A stretch of DNA of 44,743 nucleotides, filler included, from Ranitomeya imitator (taxonomy: Eukaryota): NCBI RefSeq assembly GCF_032444005.1. It is 2 parts of 2 records of this genome, joined end to end, with 100 filler letters (N's around TTAATTAATTAA, not from the genome) between each part and the next. Parts side by side here need not be neighbours in the genome. Positions count along the whole stretch, not along the records: positions 15,594 to 44,743 come from NC_091286.1; 1 more part is not named here. One strand, given 5' to 3'. The notes below the pieces were generated by a model, which was not told the origin of the DNA, ran no database searches, and worked only from the letters and a program-made list of their open reading frames with translations. Within the stretch, counting starts at the first letter, position 1; each line of letters opens with the position of its first letter. Shown piece after piece: positions 34,841-44,743 of the stretch. Both the position numbers and the translations under genes were made by a program.

Positions 34841-37520
34841 TTTCTCTTCTTACTGGGAGATGATTTTCTGGTAATTCTTGTGTACAATCTGGTATTGTGC
34901 AGCGTCAAGTCCAGGAATAATAAAATTAGAGCCGTTATGGCCTCTTCATAGTGGTGGTTGAGACCATAGACCTGTATAGAAGACAGGAGGCTGAGACTTT
35001 GGACATTCTCCTAATGACTGGTATTACACTAATCGCTTACAGACCTGGGCTGATGCCTGTCGTGTGGATTACTGTGCAAGGATGAATGGGAATGTGCAAG
35101 ATTATCCTCTGGAGACCTGTTCTCTTTGGTGGTGGAGATGTGGTGACCATGCAGAAATCATCACCTTTGAGTGGTGTAAATATGTCGTGCAGCTGTCAGT
35201 GGATCATGTTAACACATTTACTCCTGTCCGGTCTGGGCTTTGTACGTGAAGAGCTGCACAAATAATCAGATCTTTCAGTGAGATTCATCTGTAGTCATCA
35301 GAAAGATGGCAGATCTGTGTACACATCATGTGAAGAACCCAGATATCAGGAGGATCCGGCCATAGCCTAGATGCCCACGCTGGTGCATGTGAGTAGGGGG
35401 CCCTCGGGCATGTAGCCTTGGAGGGTTTTTGTAATTTTGAGTAGGAGATTCTTGGCTTAGTAATATTGAGACTAACAGTTCTATATTGGGCCCTGTTCAC
35501 ATCTACACAGTGGCATTGGGTTCTGCCGTGGCAGCTTTTGTTGGATCTAGCGCAGTATCCTACCTTCACGCTGCATGTTGGAAATTGACATATCGGGCTC
35601 TGTTAAGGTCTCATTAATGTAAATGCAAACATTCCGCCTTATAAAAGGGACCTCAAAAGCTCAAATATTTATACAGCAGTATCACCTGTAAAGGAGAGTC
35701 AAAAATGGAAGTTTGTGCTCACCTGGCAGTGTGGTGTGAACGTACAAAAACTATAGACACGTGAAACTACTGTGGCCGCGAGGCTGGAGGAGAAAAACGT
35801 CTTCCAGATGATTAAAAGTAGAGAGAGATGATATCGTGTGGAACTGGCAACACAACGATAAATGAGACGCCTTTTGTTTTCCTAAATGGCTGCAACGCGT
35901 TTCAGGAACAAATTGATATCTTTCTCAAGGTTAAAAAAACCTATGCAACTTCTTTAGTCATCAATGACCGCTACTATGAACAGATTCCAGATTTTTTTTA
36001 GGATATTTGTACACCCTTCTGGTAATTCTTTTTGTAAGTTTTGGAGCAGAAACTCCTAAGGACTTATCCTTTTTTATTTTTTTTATTTACTCAAATTTGG
36101 CCAAAAAAAGTCCACCGAATGCACACTTTAAGTGCCGTCAGGCAGTTGTCTAACATGCATGATGATTTCATGGACTGGCCAGCACCTCTCCTGACCCGAG
36201 TCACGGCTGTTTTGAGCAGCTTCCCGGCCAGTCTGTGCTGTAATTAGGCCGATAGACTCTGCCCTTGCTGAGGGTCACCAAATCTTTTTAAATAAAAGCA
36301 GCCTCAGCTTAAGGAGACAATGCCTTGAGTACATGGACCTGTGCCACCACCATCTTCTGTGCACATTAGTGCAATCCAGAAGGAAAAAATTTGCAGATAG
36401 TACCGAAAAAATAGGCTGAGCTGTGGCCAATTAAGACCAGATTAAATGGTCTGTTTAACTTTATTGCTGGAATGGAATCCTAACAAAACACAAATCACTG
36501 TAAATTTGTTCAGTGTGTCCCTCAATCAGCTGTAATCAGGGAAATCCAGCAGTGTTAAATTTTCCTACACTGCCCCCGCAGGGGAAATAAAGTATTACAC
36601 ATGCACAGTTTAAATCTATAGGCAGACTACTATCCATTGTCCTCCAAAGTGTGAGACTTTCTTTTTTTCTACCTCACTGCACTGGCTGTGGCCACTATCA
36701 AGGACCATTAAGCCCCCTCGTATGCCTTTTTTTAGATAGCTGTCAGACAACCATAGCCGAGATAGATGCCATGATCTATCGGTTAAGCTCACTTTCCCAT
36801 ACAGGAGCACTCACTATCGAGTCTGTGTTCTCTGTGAGAGACTGCTGCCAGCGATATCAATCTACAAAAGGATCAGCAGTCTAAAATTGGACCTGTACCC
36901 CAACATCAGCTGATGGTCCTTGGTCCTAGGGGCCCTGTACGTATCTCTATGATGGTGGATTCTGCAGAAGTTGGCCTAATGTATATGGGGGCTAAAGGCG
37001 GTCACGTCAATGTCTCTATCAGATATGGTTAATTAGAATAACTGACTGTATTTAGGTTGACAAGTAAACTGTGATGTTAAGCAGCTGCCACCTACTTACT
37101 AGCACCTCCGCCCCTGTGCTTTCTGCACCACTTTCCCAGCATGAAATGAAAGCACTGACTGCTGCTTGTACGTCTGAATGAATAGTGTCTCCGGCAATTA
37201 TCGGAGCTCTGCTTGGGTAACTGGATCGTGTTCACATAAACACACGTTAGTCAGCAGTGTGGGGGGCTCTGTACGTGCTGCAGTGCACGCCCTATCCCGG
37301 ATCATCCGTACAGACGTGCGCCGTCTGGAACCCGATTCTAGCCTTTACCCATTCCATTACTTAATAAATATGTGCGCGCAAGTGAGATCAGACTACACAG
37401 ACTTTAACCATGATGACACCTATATCTGCATTGGAGCTGTATACACAAAACTGCAGTATAAACCTTATTTTTCTTTTTTATATGCATTAGCCATTAAAAA
37501 TGGTGTCCATAAGAAATGGT

Positions 37521-37650
37521 NNNNNNNNNNNNNNNNNNNNNNNNNNNNNNNNNNNNNNNNNNNNNNNNNNNNNNNNNNNNNNNNNNNNNNNNNNNNNNNN
37601 NNNNNNNNNNNNNNNNNNNNNNNNNNNNNNNNNNNNNNNNNNNNNNNNNN
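37521..37650. other. Assembly gap (130 N)
   Basis: Run of N. Confidence 0.99.
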
Positions 37651-38424
37651 CCGGGTGGCGAGCATTTATATTGGTATATGGTCTCCATCATGTGCTGCTG
37701 CCATCCTGCGCCCATTCTGTCATGTGCTGCTCCCATCCTGCGCCCCCGTTCTGTCATGCGCTGCTGCCATCCTGCGCCCGTTCTGTCATGTGCTGCTGCC
37801 ATCCTGCGCCCGTTCTGTCATGTGCTGCTCCCATCCTGCGCCACTATTGTATTATATGCCCCCGTATGCTGCTGCCATATAAAAAAAAAAAAATACCATA
37901 CTCACCTATCGTCCGGCTCCACTGCAGGTGTGTGTTCAAGAAAATGACGCCGGAAAGCGCGGACTGCGCAGGCGCCGATTCCGGCAGCAGGAATCGGCGC
38001 CTGCGCTCTCTGCACCATTTTCTTGAAGACACACCTGCAGTGGAGCCGGAGTGTGTGTTCAAGAAAATGGCGCCGGAAAGCGCGGACTGCGCAGGCGCCG
38101 ATTCCGGCAGCAGGAATCTGCGCCTGCGCAGTCCGTGCTTTCCGGCGCCATTTTCTTGAACACACACTCCGGCTCCTGCCTGTGACTGGACTCTGTCACA
38201 GCAGAGGAGCCGGAGACGGAGCCGCACGCAGCGCTGGAACAGAGGACAGGTGACTATACTTACCCTCCCTCCTGGCGCGTCCACAGTCCCTGACTCTCCG
38301 GTGGAGATCGCGGTATGCGTTCAGTGCTTACGCATACCGCGATCTCCTGGGAGCGTCACTCTGTGGGGGCCAGACTGTGCCGGCGCTTGCGCCTGCGCAG
38401 TCTATAAAGGCTTCGGACAGAGTG
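37651..38424. repeat. GC-rich repeat element with about 30-bp degenerate tandem units and two long palindromes
   Basis: TGCTGCCATCCTGCGCCCGTTCTGTCATG-like units at 37690-37840; palindromes at 37913-38049 and 38042-38176; bounded by gaps on both sides. Confidence 0.75.
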
Positions 38425-38754
38425 ANNNNNNNNNNNNNNNNNNNNNNNNNNNNNNNNNNNNNNNNNNNNNNNNNNNNNNNNNNNNNNNNNNNNNNNNNNN
38501 NNNNNNNNNNNNNNNNNNNNNNNNNNNNNNNNNNNNNNNNNNNNNNNNNNNNNNNNNNNNNNNNNNNNNNNNNNNNNNNNNNNNNNNNNNNNNNNNNNNN
38601 NNNNNNNNNNNNNNNNNNNNNNNNNNNNNNNNNNNNNNNNNNNNNNNNNNNNNNNNNNNNNNNNNNNNNNNNNNNNNNNNNNNNNNNNNNNNNNNNNNNN
38701 NNNNNNNNNNNNNNNNNNNNNNNNNNNNNNNNNNNNNNNNNNNNNNNNNNNNNN
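38425..38754. other. Assembly gap (330 N)
   Basis: Run of N. Confidence 0.99.
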
Positions 38755-40236
38755 TAACAAAGGAAAAAGGTCCTCGAGTGCCGTCTTGTGGGGCTATTTT
38801 AATATTTATTACTACATATACTATATTGTAAGGAGATTCTTAACCCTTTTTCATAGTCAATTTATATACTGCCATGGCACAAAGATGATCATATGTTAAA
38901 TTCAATTTTTACATCCAGACAATAGTTTCAACCAATTTGTCAGATTTAAAAATCAATAGCTCAAAACATTACATAGAAAATATCCTTTTATAGAAATGTG
39001 TGAGCAGTAATGTCACCATACTGTGTTGCAGGCTTTCTAGGGGAGAGGGTCTCCTTCCCAGTCACTCACGCTAGGGGGCGCACTTGTCTATGCTTGTTCC
39101 CCGAATATCCCCTGAATGTTAATCCACCCAGGATGCTGTAAGGCCGAAGTGTATAGGATTACACGAACCAGACAGACAAGGGAAGACATATGATAGAAAA
39201 AAACAGAGCAATACGTCCAATATATGAAGTATAAATTTCTTACAGAATCAAAGGATATATATCAGTACATGTTAGCAAAACATAAGTCCGTTATAGAGAC
39301 AATACAGAGAAGGATCAGGGAGAGAGTAGAGATGAGCAAATATTTTAATATTTGGTTTGTATTCGGATCAAATTTGCAATATTCACCCATTTATTCTTGA
39401 CTATTTGCCTAACATTTCAATTGAATGTTAACGTAAGACAAGGTGGGTGAGGGATCAGTGTAGGCCTCTTATGCTGGGAGCCTTGATACCACATTCAACA
39501 ACTCAACCTGCTTTCATACTCGGCCACACTCAGGTGGCACAAATATCATATAAATTTCATAGACTACTGTTGTCAGAAAAATGTAAGAATAGTAACACTG
39601 GTAGTTGAGTCCAATGAACTGGAGACCTGACGTTGCAGTAGGCCTCCCAGACCAAGCAACACGCATGAAAGAGACCCAACCAGGAGTCTACACAATTTCA
39701 AAAATTAGTGGCAGACACCAACAAAGTGGCCTCAATTGCAATAGAGTAGTACTAGTATAGCGGAGACCGACACCTCTTTCACTATAGCCAACCCAGCAGA
39801 TGGAGACTGTAACGACCAAGGTGGTGGAACCACTGTGATGCATCCTTCAGAAAGCATGGAGGGGTGTAACTAGGGCTACCAAATCTCAACTCTGATAAGT
39901 GTCAGCAGGCAAAAACTGACTAAAGGAGGGACTAGGTGGTGGCACCAAGTGCTACTCCAGGACTGACCTAGAGTAGGTGGCAGCTGACCCGCTACAACGG
40001 GTAAGCTGTTACGGCCCGAAGGAGGGATGAAGATTGCAGGCACCGTAGGGACATTGGAACCACGGGTGCAGATGGGACGAGCTGAGGAACAGAAAACTGG
40101 CAGGTGCGAGCAGGTCCCGGCTGATGGTCAGAAGAGCACAGACAGGTAAAAGCAGACGGGTACAGGGTAGACAAGCAGATGGGCGGACCTGGGGAGCCAG
40201 ACAACTAGCAAGCATGCAAGGCAAACTAAAACGTAA

Positions 40237-40546
40237 GGCCAGATTCACATTGCGTTAAAGCAGCCCGTTCAACGCATAGCGTTGACGGGCTGCGTTAACT
40301 CTGTAGCATACATGCTATCGCGTTATGCTATTTCGCAAGTGCAGATGATTCATCTGTGCTGGCGGTGACTGAGACTCAGAAGCTGAACGACGTCACTGAA
40401 TGACTGAACATCGCTAGTGCATGCTGATTATGGCATGCGTTGGCAATGCGCCCGATAATAGGTGTTAATGGCAGCGTTAACGGACTGCGTTATACCACGG
40501 TGTAACGCAGTCTAACTGACTGCCATAATGCAATGTGAACCCAGCC
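40237..40546. mobile_element. MITE (GGC...TTCACATTGC TIR)
   Basis: TAA|GGCCAGATTCACATTGC ... GCAATGTGAACCCAGCC|TCA; imperfect TIRs. Confidence 0.7.
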
Positions 40547-41547
40547 TCATTCAGGGACCTCCATATTGGTGAAGTCTCAAATCCCTTAGCTTTTGGACAC
40601 CTTTTAAGGTGTTTTCTGTGTGTTTTCTATGTGTTTGTATGTGTTTGTGTTTGCCTGCCATTGGTTTCAATGGGGCTTGACTGTGTTCGTCAAACGTTCG
40701 ATGAACATTCATCGAACACGCCCCAATTCGACAAACCGAACACTAGGGGAGTGGCTCAACACTATTTGCAATATGATGGTGGACACTGACCCCACGGCAA
40801 CTGCATGTACCCGACGTGTGTTTTTTGCCTATAACTTTGAGGGAACGCTGAGGAACTGGGAAATGGGCTATTTAAAGTATGGATGACAATCACATTTGTA
40901 TACAGATGAAGACAAAGAAAATTAAAGGAAGCAAGAAGGAGATCAAATTAAAAACCGCAGCCTCCATCTTCTCAACTGGATTGCAGAGCAATGTGATGAA
41001 ATATTGTCATCCTGCATGAGCACACTGAGGTCTCATAAGCTGCGGTTTATAAGGAGACTAACAGTGATGGGGCCAGTAGAGCAGGAAACGCAAGCTATCA
41101 CAAGATTGAACTGTCTGCATCATGTTGATGCTGACAGCATTCCATGCTGGAATCTCAGGAAATCTGGGGCTCCAGCCAGGACATTGGAGGGGCCTGAGCC
41201 CTGGATCTTTGGTGCTAGTGATGTCATATAAATCATCAGTTTTAGAAGGTTTGTGTTAGACTCTAAAGTTTTAGCTGCAAAAAAATTGACAGCTATTTTG
41301 GGTGTCTGAGCCTCTTTGAAAAAAACAAACAAACTACAAGAACTGTTAAGCATGGAGAAAACCAGTCTACCCTTAAAGGGAATTTGTCAGCTGGCTTTTG
41401 CCTACATCATGCTTCTCTCTGAGGTAGCAGTGACACTGATTCCAACGTTGTATCACTTAGTTACTTAGTTCAACAGTTCTGCCATAATTTGAGTTCTTGA
41501 CTTTCTCAACTCTCCTGCATTGCTAAATGTAATCACACCCTGATGCA

Positions 41548-41702
41548 GCTAACCCTGCCCACAGCCCTGCTGCCACTGCTAACCCTGCCCACAGCCCTGC
41601 TGCCACTGCTAACCCTGCCCACAGCTCCGCTGCCACTGCTAGCCCTGCCCATAGCCCCGCTGCCACTGCTAGTTCTGCCCGCAGCCCTGCCGCCACTGCT
41701 AG
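41548..41702. repeat. 30-bp minisatellite, about 5 copies
   Basis: Unit GCTAACCCTGCCCACAGCCCTGCTGCCACT, decaying to the right. Confidence 0.9.
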
Positions 41703-41759
41703 TGTGGTGCCCCAGGGTTCTGATCGTCACAGTAGCATTGCTTTCCTCACGGGGAGAGT

Positions 41760-42350
41760 TGTTATGATCCGGTGACCTTGGAGCAGCATGAAAACTTTCA
41801 CTGGAGTAGGTGGTAACTATACTGACCGCAAATCCTGATCTTAACACCACAACTAGAAGTAGCCGTGAGGAGTGCCTAACAATTCCTAGACACCTCGTCA
41901 CAGCCGGAGGACTAAATACCCCTATAGAGGGAAATTGGGGTTCTGCTCTGAGGCAAGGTAGAATTCCTAAGGATAGGCAGCCCCCCACAAATATTGGCTG
42001 TGAGTAGGAGAGGAAAGACACACAGGCAGAAAAACAGGATTTAGCACAAGAGGCCACTCTAGCTAAAATAGGAAAGGATAGGACAGAGTACTGTGCAGTC
42101 AGTATTTAAAACCCTTCAAAAATATCCACAGCAGATTATACAAAAAATTCCTCCATCTAACTAAAGACGTGGAACGTATATCTGCAACTCCAGAGAATCC
42201 TACACTCAGAGCAGGAATACAATAAAAAAACAAGCACACAGCTTGTGTGCCATAGAAAAAGAAACAGACACTTATCTTTGTCTGGCTTCTCCTGCTTAGC
42301 TGCCAATTCAGCAAAGATCCAACACTTCCCAAGAAACATTGACAACTGGC
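41760..42350. mobile_element. LTR-like fragment
   Basis: Starts TGTTATGATCC, as anuran Gypsy-type LTRs often do; cut off where the hAT terminus begins. No TSD seen. Confidence 0.35.
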
Positions 42351-42356
42351 AAAGAC

Positions 42357-44743
42357 TAGAGTTAAGCGACCTTGACATTTTTAGAGTCGAGCCGGGTTTC
42401 GCGAAACCCGACTATCTCAAAAGTCGAGTCGAGTGGAATCGGCCGATTATCGCGAAAAGTCGGGGATCGACCGAAACACAAAACCCAATGCAAGTCAATG
42501 GGGGAGCATAGTCGGCAGTGAGTAGAGGCCAGGAAAACATGTACAGAGCTCATTGTATTGGCAAAAATATCCATTCTTGCTACTGAAGCTTGTCAATCGT
42601 AATTTAGCTTATAATAATTGTAAGGCATTTGAAATTGGGGGTCATTTGGCTAAAGTTGTGGGGGGTAGGGCTGGTTCAAGCAATTAGTGGGCCAAGGACA
42701 TCTGGACCACGTCACGGCAGTGGAGCAGGGAGAGGTAAGTATTTCAACTTTGCAAGTGCTGTGATCCTGAGCAAGAGGGGGGGCCCACTCGTTTGCATTG
42801 GCACTGGCACAGGGCCCCTCAAAGTACAGCGGTGTGTTTGCACTGCGGGGGCACCTCCCACCGGCAGCAACACTTTTGCGTACTATGAGAGGCCCTGTGC
42901 CAGTGACGTCGCCAACGAGTATTCCTCCACCCACCTGATGAAGGAACCTGCACTTTCATCTGCACCTTCCTCTTTGTCCCCGTGTAATGTGGTATGCGGG
43001 AAGGGGGACCTGACTTTCAGCAGGGTCACAATCTTGCAGTGTAGCGTGCACGGGGAATGTTGTGTTATGGGTCAGTGTACCAGCAGACTCATCTATCACT
43101 GGCTGGGCAATGGGCAGGATGAGGAGGAAACAGATATAGGCCCAAAGAATAAAGTGGGCTAAATGCAGTTCAAAATTGGTAACACAGGAATAACCAGGGG
43201 GCATTATTTTGTTCAGTGGAGGACAACTGGAATGAGAGGCTGACACAGAGTAGGCCCAAATCTGTAAGTAGTCTAAATGCAGTTCAAAATTGGCAAGAGT
43301 AGTAAACAGGCGGCACAGCTTTGTTCACTGTAGGAGAACAGCAAGGAGCGGCAGACACAGATAGAAGGCCACAACCCAATTTGTAGGCCTAATGCAGTGT
43401 AGTTTTCAACAACTACTAAACGAGAGTCGGAAGATTGAAGCAATGGCGAGGAAACCTGGGGAACACCTTGGAGCAGCAGACACCATTAGTAAACCATACC
43501 GAAGTAGTAGCCCCAATGCAGTTTTCAAATTCCTAGAGGCTGAAAACCAGACTATTAACGCTCAGCTTTTTTCAAAGGAGGACAGCTGTATTGAGTGGCG
43601 CTGACACACAGGTAGTAGGCCTTAAACCAAAAATGTGGCTCAATGCAGTTTAAAAAGGTTACAGGGGTACACAGGCAGCATTGGTCTAGTCAGTGGAGGA
43701 CTATTTCAATTATGGACCGCAGACAGACTTTGAAGGCCTAACATAATAACATTGGGCTGTAGGCACTTTATAATTGGTTCCAGGGGTACATGTGCAGCAG
43801 TGGTCTGGTCAGTGGAGACCTAGTGGAAGGAGAGACCGCAGACAGGCTTCGAAGGCCTAACATAATAAAATTGGGCTGTAGGCACTTTGAATTCTCTTGC
43901 AGGGGTACACAGGCAGCATTGGTGTTGTCAGCGGAGGCCGATTGTAATGTGTCTGCCAGTTGGTAGTCCCAAACAATACATACATGTTAATGTCTCGCAT
44001 TACAACAAAACGAAAACACAAAAGAGTGCAATCATTAGGTACAGGGGTGGGCTCCTCTGCGTAGTTTCAGACCTAGTAATTTGGCACAAAGTATTTGCTT
44101 GGGTAAATATAGGACACTACCATTGTGTTGACATGTATGATGGTACTTAACATAGTCAGGGGCATTGTCAGTGGCAGGAATTTACGGATGTCAGCGCATA
44201 GACTAAACATTGGTGGAACTGTGAGAGATAATTGTGCAAGTGGTAGAGCAATGTTTGAGCTGGGGGTGGGGGAACTCTCTTGTGGCCGGCGGTACAGGCC
44301 CAGGGCCCCTCATGTTACAACAGTGTGTCTGACGTTGGGTGCGCACCACCACCGCCAGAGACACTTTATTGTACTATGAGGGACCCAGTGGCAGTGCCGT
44401 CGACCAAAAGCGGGCACACCCACCTCTTCAGACAATCAGCACTCTCACGGGTGCTTGCGCCAAGTGGCGATACCACGGCCCCGTGTGGGGAGTTTGGCCA
44501 TTTAGGGAGGTGTAAACATGTCGTATGCTGGACAAACAGCAGCTGCAAATTACGAGATTGGTAAAGTCATTCAGAGTAGTCCACATGCAATACCTTTTCA
44601 TAGGAAAGCTAGGTGTCGGCCGGGCAAGGTGGGGCAAAAGAATTCGAAATCCAGTTGTGGTTCATTTTAATGAAGGTTAGATCATCAACATTTTGGGTAG
44701 CCAGACGAGTCCTTTTTTCGGTTAATATTGAACCTGCAGCACT
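42357..44743 (-). mobile_element. 3' part of a hAT transposon (continues beyond the window)
   Basis: Terminus TAGAGTTAAGCGACC with CG-rich subterminal region, degenerate about 120-bp repeats at 43140-43900, and the transposase C-terminus at the window edge. Confidence 0.85.
44609..44743 (-). CDS. hAT transposase C-terminus (hATC dimerisation domain), partial
   Basis: SAAGSILTEKRTRLATQNVDDLTFIKMNHNWISNSFAPPCPADT*, open from the window edge to TAG at 44611-44609. Confidence 0.85.
   Translation of the reverse strand, partial: SAAGSILTEKRTRLATQNVDDLTFIKMNHNWISNSFAPPCPADT

Noticed and set aside
34165-34951. 209-247 aa ORFs as protein-coding genes, and the array as a telomere
   Set aside because: ORFs arise only because the 23-mer has no stops; the unit is not the vertebrate TTAGGG repeat.
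37178-38831. Long ORFs in the track, including a possible next EVA1C-like exon near 37313-37400
   Set aside because: ORFs are extended artificially through N runs; the candidate lacks convincing similarity and a clear donor.
40880-41360. Possible coding remnant (ORF 41004-41231)
   Set aside because: Frameshifted, no motif I can assign, lies among hAT and LTR debris.

Overview
Repeat-rich vertebrate genomic DNA, most likely a frog (inferred from the repeat families), with three assembly gaps. Host genes: (1) CTU1 (cytoplasmic tRNA 2-thiolation protein 1) on the minus strand, complete CDS in two coding exons (14031-13536 and 10530-10001; 341 aa); (2) an intron-containing tRNA-Arg(TCT) on the minus strand (19253-19168); (3) three internal exons of an EVA1C-like tandem SUEL-lectin gene on the plus strand (25027-25150, 32919-33065, 33893-34036), whose first exons and transmembrane exons I could not find. 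The rest is transposon-derived or tandem DNA: Tc1 elements (one nearly intact), L2 and CR1 LINEs, hAT remnants, MITEs, LTR-like pieces, Penelope-like fragments and at least six tandem arrays. Most interesting: a structurally complete minimal hammerhead ribozyme with a compensatory U3-A8 core (29115-29073) plus three decayed relatives; hAT-transposase-like motifs lying in order around the first CTU1 coding exon; a 50-bp satellite with nested higher-order repeats; a fold-back repeat in the CTU1 intron; and a near-perfect 26 x 23-bp array. All family calls come from motif recognition by eye, without database searches. I found no clearly new system; the best candidates are listed with tests.
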